Of a stretch of 64,000 bases of DNA, positions 18,222 to 28,819 are shown one piece after another. A program made the translations under genes and the position numbers. Under the pieces are notes generated by a model, which saw nothing but the letters and a program-made list of their open reading frames with translations, did not search any database and was not told the DNA's origin. Location: the NCBI GenBank assembly GCA_028713285.1, contig JAQTOP010000004.1:20241-84240 (forward strand), in the 5' to 3' direction. The DNA is from Terrimicrobiaceae bacterium. GTDB lineage: Bacteria > Verrucomicrobiota > Verrucomicrobiia > Chthoniobacterales > JAATET01. Positions within the stretch are counted from its first letter, which is position 1, and the number at the start of each line of letters is the position of its first letter.

Positions 18222-20583
18222 TTTTCGCTGGATCCTGCCCGGCGCGCTCGTGCTGGCCTTCGTCATCGGCGGCCTCTCGCGCATCAGCTTCAACGTCGAG
18301 ATTCTGAAGCTGCTCCCCACGCACCTCCCGCAGGTCCAGGGCCTCTCGCTGCTCCTTAAATACTTCGCGCTCCCCGACGAGCTCATCATCACGCTCGATG
18401 CCCGTGACGGAGAGACCGCGGAGGCCGCAGCGGACTCTCTCGCCGCCGCACTCGCAGCGCACCCCGACCTGGTCAAGCAAACCGCCGCAAGGCCGCCGTG
18501 GGAAGAGAATCCCGTCCAGCTCGGCGAGCTGCTCGCCTTCCAACTCCTCAACCTGCCGCCGCACGATTTCGCCGCCGCGCTCGCACGCCTCGATCCCGCC
18601 CACGCACCCGCGACGCTGCGCGACGCGCTCGACGAACTCTCGACTTCGCTCGCGCCCGAGACCGTCGCCCTGCGCAGTTATGATCCCTTCGGCCTCACCA
18701 CATCGCTGCCGCTCAGCGCGATGGCCCAGGGCAATGATGAATTTGCCTCCGCCGACGGCACATTCCGCGTGATCTATGTGGAAAGCGCCGCGCATCTCGG
18801 GAACTACGTCGATGCGATCCGCTGGGTGCGGACCGTCAAACAGCTCGCCGCGGACTGGAACCGCACGCACCACGTCACCCTCGGCTTCACCGGCCAGCCG
18901 AGCTTCGTCGCCGACATCTCGGGCAACATGCAGGGCGAGATGACCCTCACCGGCGGCAGCACGCTCCTGCTCATCGCCACGATCTTCTGGCTCTGCTACC
19001 GCCGCATCCGCCCGCTCGTCACGTTGCTCGCGATGCTTGCGCTCACCTTCCTGCTCGCCCTGGCGGCGGCGGGCTGGTTCCTCGACCAGCTCACCGTCAT
19101 CGGCGTCGGCTTCGCGTCTGTAATGATCGGGCTCAGCGTCGATTACGGCTACTTCGTCTTTCACCAGGCGACGCGCCATCCCGGCTCGCTCGGCGATCTG
19201 CGCCGAAAATGTTTTCTCAACATCGCCTGGACCTGCAGCACGACGGCCGCCGCGTTCTTCGCGCTGAATCTGAGCAGCCTCCCCGGCCTTTCGCAACTCG
19301 GCAATCTCGTCGGCATCGGCGTGCTCGTCGGCGCGGCGGTGATGCTCGGCATCTTCGCGCCGCTCGCGATGCGCAACCAGCGCGTCGCGCCGATCGCGAC
19401 TCCGGTTCCCGCCGAGCGCCTCGTCACCTCACCGCGTTTTTTTCGCGCGGGAGCGTGGCTCGTCCTCGCGCTCGTCGCTGTCCTCCTGGGCGCGCTCGTC
19501 ATCAAAGGCCCTCCCGCAATCGACTTCTCGGCGAATACCATGCGCCCTCGCGTGAGCGACGCCTACGTCGCCATGGACAAACTCTACGCGCGCCTCAGCG
19601 ACGACCGCGGCCTGCTCAGCCTCGTCGTCACAGGCTCAACGCCGGACGAGGTCTCCGCGCGCCTGCGCGAGGCCGGGCGCCAGCTTTCCGCCGCCGTGCA
19701 GCGCGGCGACACCGCCTCGTTTCAAACCGCGCTCCCGTTGTGGCCCGATGCCGCCCGGCAGCGGGAGAATCTTGCGCGGACCGCTCCCCTTGCCGGCGAC
19801 CTCCCGCGCCTGCGCCAGACGCTGCTCGACGCAGGGTTTACCGAACCGGCCTTCGCGCTGACGGAATCCGTCGTTCGTCAATGGACCGCGTGGTCAGCAA
19901 AATCTCCGCCCATCTGGCCGTCGAACGCCGTCAGCTCCTGGATTCTGCGCCGCTTCGTGAAGCATGACGGGGGCCAGTTCCTTGCCTCCGGCATCGTGTA
20001 TCCCGTGCGAGGCCGCGAAAATGCGCTGCTCGACACCATTGGCGCCGAAGGCATCTATCTCGTGAGCTGGGAGCAGCTCGGGCGCGAACTCAAACGCGTC
20101 GTCCCCGGCGAGATGCTGCGCGTGATGGCGGCGCTCTTCGCCGGCGTCGTCGGCATTCTCGCCTTCGGCCTCCGCAGCATTCGCGCGGTGCTGCTTTTCA
20201 TCGCAACCACGGCGCTCGTGCTCGCGTGCCTCGCCGGCGCGATCACCCTGCTCGGCGGCACGATCGGCCTGTTCGGCCTCGCCGCCGTGCTGCTCCTGCT
20301 CGGCACGGGCACCGATTACAGCATCCTGCTTCTCCTCGCGCTGCGCCGGAACGGCGGCGATGTCTCCGCCGCGCAACGCGACCTCGCCCTCGTCATCCTG
20401 CTGTGCTGCGCCTCGGCGGTCGCGGGCTTCGGCTCAATCAGTTGGGCCAACAATCTCGGCCTCGCCGAGCTGGGCCGCACCTGCGCGATCGGCCTGGCCA
20501 TTGACGCCTGCATCTCGCTCTTCCTCCTTCCGCCCGCCTGGGCTCTCCTGCAAAGGTGGCTGCCAAAAAAAGCCACCCAATGA
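18211..20583 (+). CDS. MMPL/RND-like lipid exporter
   Basis: Two TM blocks with IGLSVDYG and GTGTDYS motifs and large periplasmic loops. Confidence 0.85.
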   Translation: MRGNFRWILPGALVLAFVIGGLSRISFNVEILKLLPTHLPQVQGLSLLLKYFALPDELIITLDARDGETAEAAADSLAAALAAHPDLVKQTAARPPWEENPVQLGELLAFQLLNLPPHDFAAALARLDPAHAPATLRDALDELSTSLAPETVALRSYDPFGLTTSLPLSAMAQGNDEFASADGTFRVIYVESAAHLGNYVDAIRWVRTVKQLAADWNRTHHVTLGFTGQPSFVADISGNMQGEMTLTGGSTLLLIATIFWLCYRRIRPLVTLLAMLALTFLLALAAAGWFLDQLTVIGVGFASVMIGLSVDYGYFVFHQATRHPGSLGDLRRKCFLNIAWTCSTTAAAFFALNLSSLPGLSQLGNLVGIGVLVGAAVMLGIFAPLAMRNQRVAPIATPVPAERLVTSPRFFRAGAWLVLALVAVLLGALVIKGPPAIDFSANTMRPRVSDAYVAMDKLYARLSDDRGLLSLVVTGSTPDEVSARLREAGRQLSAAVQRGDTASFQTALPLWPDAARQRENLARTAPLAGDLPRLRQTLLDAGFTEPAFALTESVVRQWTAWSAKSPPIWPSNAVSSWILRRFVKHDGGQFLASGIVYPVRGRENALLDTIGAEGIYLVSWEQLGRELKRVVPGEMLRVMAALFAGVVGILAFGLRSIRAVLLFIATTALVLACLAGAITLLGGTIGLFGLAAVLLLLGTGTDYSILLLLALRRNGGDVSAAQRDLALVILLCCASAVAGFGSISWANNLGLAELGRTCAIGLAIDACISLFLLPPAWALLQRWLPKKATQ

Positions 20584-20699
20584 CGACGACGCCGGGGAGC
20601 AGCAAGCCCCCGACGGCAGGCTTCGGCACGGCGATGGCAAACGATGTGGCCGCGCGGTCTCGCATCGCCTCATCTCACGGCGCGTGCACCTTCGGAATC

Positions 20700-20713
20700 T
20701 TGATCCGGATCAA
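20700..20713. promoter_or_regulatory. FNR/CRP-family binding site upstream of cydA
   Basis: Perfect TTGAT-CCGG-ATCAA, 66 bp before the cydA start. Confidence 0.8.
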
Positions 20714-20779
20714 AGCTGGCGGAGATATCCGCAAAGAAGGGGTTGGCCGGTGGATGCGGCTGGTGATTGAATCCTACCC

Positions 20780-22300
20780 GTGACCGCGGAAATCCTCGCC
20801 CGAATCCAGTTCGCCTTCACGGTGATGGTGCACTACATCTACCCGCCGCTTTCCATCGGCCTGGGACTGGCGCTGGTCATCATGGAGACCTGCTGGCTGC
20901 GCACCGGGAACATCCTTTTCCACACCATGGCGCGGTTCTGGACGAAAGTCTTCGCGCTCACGTTCGCCATCGGCGTCGCAACGGGCATCGTGATGGAATT
21001 CGAGTTCGGCACGAACTGGGCCACCTATTCGCGGTTCGTCGGCGACATCTTCGGCAGCGCGCTTGCGGCCGAGGGCATCTTCGCGTTTTTTTTGGAATCC
21101 GGCTTTCTCGCGATCCTGCTCTTCGGCTGGAACAAGGTCGGGCCGAAACTGCACTTCTTCGCCACCTGCATGGTCGCCGCCGGCGCGCACTTCAGCGCGG
21201 TGTGGATCGTCGTGGCAAATTCCTGGATGCAAACGCCCGCCGGCTACCACCTCGAACGCATGGTCGATGGCAAGCCGGTGATCCTGCCGCCGGACCACGC
21301 CGTCGTCCCCGCCGATCTCGGCACGGTGCGCGCGGTGGTGGACGATTTCTGGGCGATGGTCTTCAACCCCTCGACCGTGGACCGGCTCACGCACGTCGTG
21401 CTCGGCGCGTGGATGGCGGGGGCGTTCCTTGTCGTGAGCATCAGCGCATTCTACCTGCTGCGGCGGCGGCACGAGGCATTCGCGCGGGCCTCGCTCAAGG
21501 TCGGGCTCGCCTTCGGCACAGTCGCGACTTTGCTCCAGATGGTGAGCGGCGATCTCACCGCCACGGGCGTCTCGCGCAACCAGCCCGTGAAGCTGGCCGC
21601 CATCGAGGGACTCTTTCAGACCCAGCCTTACGCTCCACTCGGCATCGTCGGCTGGGTGGATGCCAAAACCGAAACCACCCACGCGCTGCAAATTCCCGCC
21701 CTCCTGAGCTTCCTCACCTACCACGACGCGGCGAAGCCCGTGTCCGGCCTCAAGGACCTGCCGCCTGACAGCTTCCTGCAGCGGTTTCATCCGGGGGCGA
21801 CTGCGGCGGAACTGCCCGCAATTCGCCGGAGCTATTGGCCGAACGTCCCCGTCGTCTTCCAGACCTACCACTTGATGGTCGGTGTGGGCAGCGCGCTCTT
21901 CGCGCTGGTCGTAGTGGCCGGGTTTTTCTGGTGGCGGGGCTGGCTCTTCCGCACGGCCTGGCTGCCGACGCGCGTGCTCCTGTGGGCCTGCGTGCTCTCG
22001 GTGCTCGGCCCGCAGATCGCGAACCAGGCCGGCTGGTTCACCGCCGAAATGGGTCGCCAGCCGTGGATCGTTTACGAGTTATTGAGAACCTCGCAGGCGC
22101 TCTCGAAGGTCGTGACAGCGAACCAAATCCTCACCTCGCTGCTGCTCTTCGGCGCCGTCTATCTGCTCCTCTTCATGCTGTTCATCTACCTGCTCACCCG
22201 CAAGATCCAGCACGGGCCGGACGAGCAACCAGAGGGCCGCGAGCTGCCCGAGAGCTGGCGGGCCGTGCTCCGCACCGACGACCTGGAGGAACGCGCATGA
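20780..22300 (+). CDS. cydA: Cytochrome bd ubiquinol oxidase subunit I
   Basis: Motifs [53 protein letters not shown]. Confidence 0.97.
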   Translation: MTAEILARIQFAFTVMVHYIYPPLSIGLGLALVIMETCWLRTGNILFHTMARFWTKVFALTFAIGVATGIVMEFEFGTNWATYSRFVGDIFGSALAAEGIFAFFLESGFLAILLFGWNKVGPKLHFFATCMVAAGAHFSAVWIVVANSWMQTPAGYHLERMVDGKPVILPPDHAVVPADLGTVRAVVDDFWAMVFNPSTVDRLTHVVLGAWMAGAFLVVSISAFYLLRRRHEAFARASLKVGLAFGTVATLLQMVSGDLTATGVSRNQPVKLAAIEGLFQTQPYAPLGIVGWVDAKTETTHALQIPALLSFLTYHDAAKPVSGLKDLPPDSFLQRFHPGATAAELPAIRRSYWPNVPVVFQTYHLMVGVGSALFALVVVAGFFWWRGWLFRTAWLPTRVLLWACVLSVLGPQIANQAGWFTAEMGRQPWIVYELLRTSQALSKVVTANQILTSLLLFGAVYLLLFMLFIYLLTRKIQHGPDEQPEGRELPESWRAVLRTDDLEERA

Positions 22301-23334
22301 CCATCGCCGGCATCCAACTCGACTTGCAGCTCATCTGGTTCATCCTCGTGGGCGTATTGCTCACGGGTTACGCGATCCTCGACGGCTTCGACCTTGGGGT
22401 CGGCGCGATTCACCTTTTCGCGCGGAAGGATGAACACCGCCGGCTCTTTCTCAATGCGATCGGCCCCGTGTGGGACGGCAACGAAGTGTGGCTCGTCACC
22501 GGCGGGGGGGCATTGTTCGCCGCGTTTCCCGAGGCCTACGCCACGGCGTTTTCGAGCTTCTACCTGCCGTTCATGCTCCTGCTCTGCGCGCTCATCTTCC
22601 GCGCCGTCGCCATCGAATTCCGCAGCAAGGAGCCCTGGCCCTGGTGGCGGCAGATGTGGGACATCCTCTTCAGCATCGGCAGCGCGGTCTCCGCTCTGCT
22701 CATCGGCACCGCGATGGGCAATGTCATGCGCGGCATCCCGCTCGACGCCCACCACGAATTCACCGGCACCCTCCTCGGCCTCCTCAATCCTTATTCCCTG
22801 CTCCTGGGCGTCACCACGCTGCTGCTCTTCGCCATGCACGGCGCGATCTACCTCGTCATGAAAACCGAGGGCGAGCTGCACGAGACCGTCCGCGGCTGGA
22901 TTCCCGGACTCATCGGCACGTTCCTCGCCGCCTACATCCTGTTCAACTTCTACACCCTCATCGAGGTGCCGCAGGTCCTGGCGACCATCCGCGAGCGGCC
23001 CTTCATTTTCCTCGTCGTCGCCCTGCAGGTCCTCGTCATTCTCAACATCCCGCGCGAATTCCACCACGGCCGCGACTTCAATGCCTTCCTCTGCTCCTGC
23101 CTCGGCATGGCTCTCATGATGGCCGCCTTCGGCCTCACCTACTACCCGCACATGCTGGTTTCAAGCCCCTCGCCGGAGCACAGCCTCACGATCGCAAACG
23201 CGTCGTCCTCGCCGAAGACGCTCGGCATCATGCTCATCATCGCCCTCATCGGCATCCCGATCGTGCTCACCTACACGGCGTGCATCTACTATATCTTTCG
23301 CGGCAAGACGCAGCTTACGTCGCACAGCTACTGA
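22297..23334 (+). CDS. cydB: Cytochrome bd ubiquinol oxidase subunit II
   Basis: Motifs LDGFDLGVG and IGPVWDGNEVWL; ATGA overlap with cydA. Confidence 0.97.
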   Translation: MTIAGIQLDLQLIWFILVGVLLTGYAILDGFDLGVGAIHLFARKDEHRRLFLNAIGPVWDGNEVWLVTGGGALFAAFPEAYATAFSSFYLPFMLLLCALIFRAVAIEFRSKEPWPWWRQMWDILFSIGSAVSALLIGTAMGNVMRGIPLDAHHEFTGTLLGLLNPYSLLLGVTTLLLFAMHGAIYLVMKTEGELHETVRGWIPGLIGTFLAAYILFNFYTLIEVPQVLATIRERPFIFLVVALQVLVILNIPREFHHGRDFNAFLCSCLGMALMMAAFGLTYYPHMLVSSPSPEHSLTIANASSSPKTLGIMLIIALIGIPIVLTYTACIYYIFRGKTQLTSHSY

Positions 23335-23435
23335 TTGAGTCCGTCGCATCCCCGCGGTCCTTGCGCGCGTGACGGCCAGCGCGCACTTTAGAGTTGTGAC
23401 GCCCGGCGTTGTCGGAAAATCTGCCAGTCCTCCGC

Positions 23436-24887
23436 ATGGAACCGTCTTCGCTCTCCGACCTTCTCGCCATTCGCCGTCAGAAACTTGACGCCCTGCACGC
23501 AGCGGATGTCGCGCCCTTTGGCCGCGGATTCGAGACCGATGGCGCCGTCGCCGACGTGCGGGCGAAGTTCGCCGAGGCAGCTCCTTTGCGGGCGGCCGGG
23601 CGCATCACCGCGCACCGCGACATGGGGAAGAGCCAGTTTCTCGACCTTTCCGACGTAACCGGGCGCATGCAGATTTTTCTCCATGCGAAGGAGGTCGGCG
23701 ACGAGGCATTCGCCATTTTCCAGAATCTCGACATCGGCGACTTCATCGGCGTCGAAGGCGAAGGCTTTATCACGAAAACCGGCGAGCCCACGATCCGCGT
23801 GAAGCGCTTCGAGGTGCTGGCCAAGTCTCTGCGTCCCCTGCCCGACAAGTGGCACGGCGTGCAGGATACCGAGATCAAATACCGCCAGCGCTACCTCGAT
23901 CTTATCGCAAATCCCGCGTCGCGCGAGGTGTTCGGAAAACGCATTGCCATCGTCCGCGCGATCCGCCGCTTCCTCGAGGAACGCGGCTTCGTCGAGGTCG
24001 AGACGCCGATGATGCAGGCCGTCGCCGGCGGAGCGGCGGCCCAGCCATTCCAGACGCACCACAACGCACTCGGGATGGACCTTTTCCTGCGCATCGCGCC
24101 GGAACTTTACCTCAAGCGCCTGCTCGTCGGCGGCTTCCCCAAGGTCTTCGAGCTGAACCGGAACTTCCGCAACGAAGGCATCTCGCGGCGCCACAACCCC
24201 GAGTTCACCATGCTCGAGGCCTACTGGGCCTACGCGGATTTCGAGAAAATGGCCGGGCTCGTCGAGGAGCTTATCTGCCATCTCGCGGAGACGATCTGCG
24301 GCGGCTTGCAAATCGCGCACCGCGACGCCGACGGCAACGTGGTAAAGATGATCAACCTCGCGCGGCCCTGGCGGCGCGCGCGCTACGCCGACCTCATTCG
24401 CGGCATCTCGCCCGATTGGTATGAACTCACGCCCGAGCTGCGCCGCGCCCGCTGCTCCGAGCTGGGCATCGACGCCTCGCATTGCGTCGCGGATTTCGAG
24501 GTCACCCAGCACCTCTTCGAGAAACTCATCGAAGAAAAAACGATGGACCCGCTCTTCGTTACGCATTGCCCGAAGGAGCTCGTCCCGCTCGCGAAGCAAA
24601 ATGCCGAGGATCCGTCCGTCGTCGATGTCTATGAACTCGTGATCAACGGCCAGGAAATCTCGCCCGGCTACTCGGAGCTGAACGACCCCATCGTGCAGCG
24701 CCGCCGGCTCGAGGACCAGAGCGGCGGCGAGACGCAGAAGATCGACCAGGATTTCATCGAAGCGCTGGAATACGGCATGCCCCCGGCCGGCGGCATCGGC
24801 ATCGGCATCGACCGGCTCGTGATGATGCTCACCGGAGTGGAATCCATTCGCGACGTGCTGCTCTTTCCGCACATGAAACCGCGCTAG
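23436..24887 (+). CDS. lysS: Lysine--tRNA ligase (class II)
   Basis: Motifs YRQRYLDL, LRIAPELYLKRL, RNFRNEG, HNPEFTMLE, GIGIDRLVM. Confidence 0.97.
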   Translation: MEPSSLSDLLAIRRQKLDALHAADVAPFGRGFETDGAVADVRAKFAEAAPLRAAGRITAHRDMGKSQFLDLSDVTGRMQIFLHAKEVGDEAFAIFQNLDIGDFIGVEGEGFITKTGEPTIRVKRFEVLAKSLRPLPDKWHGVQDTEIKYRQRYLDLIANPASREVFGKRIAIVRAIRRFLEERGFVEVETPMMQAVAGGAAAQPFQTHHNALGMDLFLRIAPELYLKRLLVGGFPKVFELNRNFRNEGISRRHNPEFTMLEAYWAYADFEKMAGLVEELICHLAETICGGLQIAHRDADGNVVKMINLARPWRRARYADLIRGISPDWYELTPELRRARCSELGIDASHCVADFEVTQHLFEKLIEEKTMDPLFVTHCPKELVPLAKQNAEDPSVVDVYELVINGQEISPGYSELNDPIVQRRRLEDQSGGETQKIDQDFIEALEYGMPPAGGIGIGIDRLVMMLTGVESIRDVLLFPHMKPR

Positions 24888-24900
24888 CCGCGCCCGTGCA

Positions 24901-25320
24901 ATGATGCCCCGCGCCTCGATCCTCGCGCTCGCGCTCACTCTCGGCGCGATGCCCGTCCGCGCGGCGGAGTCGAGGGACGGGCTGATGTTCAGCCTGAACT
25001 CGGCGCTGATGTCGCGCGACCGTGCGGCCTTCGCCCGCTGCGTCAATTTCACCGGCGCGGACGAGGCGACGCGCACCGCCTTCGCCAAAATCATCGACCA
25101 GATTTTTGCGTGGCCCGGGCACTACGTCTTCACCTCGGAGCGCTCGGGACAGGGCAATCCGGACATCGAGCAGAATGGCCGCAAATACACGCTAAACGGC
25201 GACTGGAAATTCCAGGTGCATGTCTTCCTCTCGAAGACGACCAGCAAGGGTTTCGTCTTTCCGGCGGGCTCGGTGAACGGACAATTCTTCATCCTCGTGG
25301 CGATTCCCGCGAAGCCGTAG
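24901..25320 (+). CDS. Hypothetical secreted protein
   Basis: Signal peptide; fills the gap between lysS and coaB. Confidence 0.7.
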   Translation: MMPRASILALALTLGAMPVRAAESRDGLMFSLNSALMSRDRAAFARCVNFTGADEATRTAFAKIIDQIFAWPGHYVFTSERSGQGNPDIEQNGRKYTLNGDWKFQVHVFLSKTTSKGFVFPAGSVNGQFFILVAIPAKP

Positions 25321-25321
25321 C

Positions 25322-25975
25322 ATGAGGTCAACCCCTTCCAGCGCGCCCATCGTCATCACCTGCGGCCCCGCGTATGCTCCCATCGACGCCGTGCGCCGCA
25401 TCACGAATTTCTCGACCGGAACGCTCGGCATCCTCCTCGCGAATGCCTTCGCCGCCGCGGGCCGAAAGGTCGTTTGCTACAAGGGCGAACTCGCCACGTC
25501 GCCGCTCGCCTTCGCGCCCGGGGTGGATGCCCGCACATTTGCGACCAACGACGACCTTGCCGCGCAGTTGGCCGCATTCGGTCCGGCCGAGGCCGTCTTT
25601 CACGCCGCCGCGCTTTGCGACTACGAGGTCGAGGCCGTGCGCGACGCGACCGGCGCGGCGCAGACAGAAGCCAAGATCCCCAGCCACGCCGGCGGCCTGC
25701 ATCTCACCCTCCGCCCCGCGCGCAAGCTGCTACCGGAGCTGCGCGGCCACTTTCCCGACGCGCAAATCGCCGGCTGGAAGTATGAACTCAATGGCACGCT
25801 GGAAGACGCGCTGCATGCCGGAGCCCATCAAATCGACGCCTGCGGCACCGATTGCTGCGTGGTCAATGGCGCGGCTTACGGCGAGGGCTTCGGCTTGCTC
25901 GATCCACGCGGACGCATCCGCCATTTTGCGGACAAGGCGGAACTTTGCGCCGGGCTCGTCGCCTGGGCGAAATAA
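25322..25975 (+). CDS. coaB: Stand-alone phosphopantothenate--cysteine ligase (CoaB/DFP C-terminal domain)
   Basis: Motifs ITCGP...IDAVRRITNFSTGTLG, HAAALCDY, GWKYE. Confidence 0.82.
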   Translation: MRSTPSSAPIVITCGPAYAPIDAVRRITNFSTGTLGILLANAFAAAGRKVVCYKGELATSPLAFAPGVDARTFATNDDLAAQLAAFGPAEAVFHAAALCDYEVEAVRDATGAAQTEAKIPSHAGGLHLTLRPARKLLPELRGHFPDAQIAGWKYELNGTLEDALHAGAHQIDACGTDCCVVNGAAYGEGFGLLDPRGRIRHFADKAELCAGLVAWAK

Positions 25976-25980
25976 CCGGC

Positions 25981-26634
25981 CTACTCGAAGCGCTCGATGA
26001 GCGCGTGCAGCGCCCGCTCGCTGTGCGGCTCGATCTCGTCGAGCGACGAGATGGTGGCGCCGAGGTCGTGGAGCCGCCCATCCCGGAGGCCGTAGATGCA
26101 GCCATGCACGCTGAGCCGCTGGCCGCGCAGCCAGGCGTGACGAATGAGCGCGTTCTCGCACAGGATGCGCACCTGCTCGATCACGTTCAGCTCGCACAGG
26201 CGATCCAGTTGATCCGTCACGCTCGGCGCCGCTTCGAGGAAAGCGCGATGCTTCTTCGCGAGCACGCTCACCGAGTGCAGCCAGTTGTCGATCAGGCCCA
26301 TGTCGCGCTGCACAAGCGCCGCCTGCACGCCTCCGCACCCGTAGTGGCCGGTGATCAGGATGTCCTCCACGTGCAGCACCTCGACGGCGTATTGCACGAC
26401 CGAGAGGCAGTTGAAATCGGTATGCATCACGAGATTCGCGACGTTGCGATGCACGAAGACTTCGCCGGGCTTCAGCCCGATGATCTCATTGGCCGGCACG
26501 CGGCTGTCGGAACAGCCGATCCAGAGATACCTCGGCGCCTGCTGATGCACGAGCGACTCGAAGAAATGCGGATCCTCGGCGCGCACGTTGTCCGCCCATT
26601 TCCGATTGTTCTCAAACAGCTCCTCCAGCCCCAT
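25981..26634 (-). CDS. can: Beta-carbonic anhydrase
   Basis: Motifs WIGCSDSRVP, FVHRNVAN, GHYGCGGV; start trimmed to MGLEELFENN. Confidence 0.95.
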   Translation of the reverse strand: MGLEELFENNRKWADNVRAEDPHFFESLVHQQAPRYLWIGCSDSRVPANEIIGLKPGEVFVHRNVANLVMHTDFNCLSVVQYAVEVLHVEDILITGHYGCGGVQAALVQRDMGLIDNWLHSVSVLAKKHRAFLEAAPSVTDQLDRLCELNVIEQVRILCENALIRHAWLRGQRLSVHGCIYGLRDGRLHDLGATISSLDEIEPHSERALHALIERFE

Positions 26635-26752
26635 ACGGATGGCCGTTCTACGCCTTGCCGGACGCGATGTCCATGCGCTGGATGGCGGAAAACTTGAACG
26701 CGTCTGCGTCTTGTGCTTTCTCCCGCGAGACCGTTTTGCTTGACTCATCCGC

Positions 26753-26914
26753 ATGAAAGCTCCCCTCCTCTGCCTCGTCCTCTCGATTGCCGCCCTCGCG
26801 GGCTGCGCCACGGTCAATGAGCCCGCTCCCGCACCGGGAGGCCCCCAGAACCATGCGGCGAAAGTCGATCAGGCCGCTCCGATCACGGGCGGCGCGGTGT
26901 TCAACAGCTATTGA
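26753..26914 (+). CDS. Small lipoprotein, 53 aa (not in ORF track)
   Basis: MKAPLLCLVLSIAALAGCATVNEPAPAPGGPQNHAAKVDQAAPITGGAVFNSY*; canonical lipobox LAGC. Confidence 0.75.
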   Translation: MKAPLLCLVLSIAALAGCATVNEPAPAPGGPQNHAAKVDQAAPITGGAVFNSY

Positions 26915-26992
26915 TCCGGCGCAGGCCGCGTCAATTTCGGGCGGTTCCGCTTGATTCGCGCACCCGAATCACAGATGGTGGCTGGTTTTCCA

Positions 26993-28765
26993 ATGGCTAC
27001 AAAATCGTCCAAACGCACACCCGCAAAAGCCGCCCCCGACCGCGGCCAGAAAATGAACGGCGCGGACATTCTCGTCAGTTGTCTCGAACACGAGGGCGTG
27101 GACACGATCTTCGCCTACCCTGGCGGCTGCTCGATGCCCATCCATCAATCGCTCACGCGGTCGAAAAAAATCCGCACGATCCTTCCTCGTCACGAGCAGG
27201 GCGGGGTCTTCGCGGCCGAGGGCTACGCTCGCGCCACCGGTAGGGCCGGCGTGTGCATGGGCACCTCCGGCCCAGGCGCGACCAATCTCGTCACCGGCAT
27301 TGCCGACGCCTTCATGGACTCCACGCCCCTCGTGGCGATCACCGGCCAGGTGCCGCAGGAGATGATCGGCCGTGGCGCTTTCCAGGAGACCGATATGTTC
27401 GGCATCACGCTGCCGATTGTGAAGCACAGCTACCTCGTGATGGATATCCACGATATCCCGCGCATCGTGAAGGAAGCCTTCCACATCGCGACGACCGGCC
27501 GCCCGGGCCCGGTGCTCATCGACATTCCGAAAAACATCCAGAATCAGGAAACGCAGCCGATTTACCCGAAGGAGATCCATCTCCGCGGCTATCGCATCGA
27601 CTACAAGGCCGACGATGTCGCGCTCCACGAGATGATCGGCCTCATTAACAACGCGAAGCGGCCGATGATCTATTGCGGCGGCGGCATCATTACCGGCGAC
27701 GCGCACAGGGAACTCCTCGAATTCGCCGAGCGCGCGCAGATTCCCGTGGCCACCACGCTCATGGGCATCGGCGGCTTTCCCGAGACCCATCCGCTCTCTC
27801 TCAAATGGCTCGGCATGCACGGCACCGTGTATGCGAACAACGCGGTGAACGAAGCCGATCTGCTCCTCGCGATCGGCGTGCGTTTCGACGACCGCGTGAC
27901 CGGCAAGGTGGAGAAATTCTGCGAGCACGGCACCATCGTTCACATCGACATCGACAACTCCGAACTGAACAAAAACAAGGTCGTCAAGCTCCCCATCCTC
28001 AGCGAGGTGAAATACGCCCTGCGGCGCTCGAACCAAATCCTTGAGAAGGGCGGCTTCAAACGCACGAAGACCTTCCGCCGCTTCCCCGAGTGGTATAAGC
28101 AAATCGAGTCCTGGCGCAAAAAATTCCCGCTCTCGTTCAAGGACACTCCCGACGTCATCCAGCCCCAATACGTGATCAAGCTTCTTTGCGAAATGACCAG
28201 GGGCGAGGCGATTATCACGACCGGCGTCGGCCAGCACCAGATGTGGGCCGCCCAGTTCTACGACTTCACCCAGCCGCGCACGCTCCTCACCTCCGCGGGC
28301 CTCGGAGCGATGGGTTTCGGCTATCCCGCCGCGATGGGAGCGAAGGTCGCCTGTCCGCACAAGCAGGTGATCGACATCGACGGCGACGGCTCGTTCCTAA
28401 TGAACGTGCAGGAGCTTGCCACGACCCACATCGAGGGAATTGCCGCCAAGGCGATCATCCTGAACAACCAGCACCTCGGCATGGTTGTGCAGTGGGAGGA
28501 CCGCTTCTATGGCAGCAATCGCGGACATACGTTCCTCGGCGATCCCAAGGATCTCGATCGCATCTATCCCGACTATGTCGAGCTATGCAAAGGCTTCGGT
28601 GTTACCTGTGAACGCGTGATCCATAAAAAGGATCTCCGGGGCGCCATTCAGCGCATGCTCGATTCCAAGGAAACCTATCTCCTCGACGTGATGACGCCTT
28701 ATACCGAGCATGTGCTGCCGATGATTCCCACCGGCAAGACCTACAAGGACATCATTACCGAGTAG
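26993..28765 (+). CDS. ilvB: Acetolactate synthase large subunit
   Basis: Motifs [38 protein letters not shown]. Confidence 0.96.
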   Translation: MATKSSKRTPAKAAPDRGQKMNGADILVSCLEHEGVDTIFAYPGGCSMPIHQSLTRSKKIRTILPRHEQGGVFAAEGYARATGRAGVCMGTSGPGATNLVTGIADAFMDSTPLVAITGQVPQEMIGRGAFQETDMFGITLPIVKHSYLVMDIHDIPRIVKEAFHIATTGRPGPVLIDIPKNIQNQETQPIYPKEIHLRGYRIDYKADDVALHEMIGLINNAKRPMIYCGGGIITGDAHRELLEFAERAQIPVATTLMGIGGFPETHPLSLKWLGMHGTVYANNAVNEADLLLAIGVRFDDRVTGKVEKFCEHGTIVHIDIDNSELNKNKVVKLPILSEVKYALRRSNQILEKGGFKRTKTFRRFPEWYKQIESWRKKFPLSFKDTPDVIQPQYVIKLLCEMTRGEAIITTGVGQHQMWAAQFYDFTQPRTLLTSAGLGAMGFGYPAAMGAKVACPHKQVIDIDGDGSFLMNVQELATTHIEGIAAKAIILNNQHLGMVVQWEDRFYGSNRGHTFLGDPKDLDRIYPDYVELCKGFGVTCERVIHKKDLRGAIQRMLDSKETYLLDVMTPYTEHVLPMIPTGKTYKDIITE

Positions 28766-28819
28766 GCAAACCGGCCTGCGCTCCGGCGGAAACGACCGCG
28801 TGCCGCCACGGACGTGCCA

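Noticed and set aside
23335-23435. Search for a cydX/cydS microprotein after cydB
   Set aside because: The only short ORF I found (MSPSHPAVLARVTASAL) lacks a TM helix and the CydX motif.
16522-24887. Possible MprF-like lysylation system (flippase-like gene plus lysS) linked to dlt
   Set aside because: No aminoacyl-transferase (DUF2156) domain is present, lysS is an ordinary housekeeping gene, and the genes are not adjacent.
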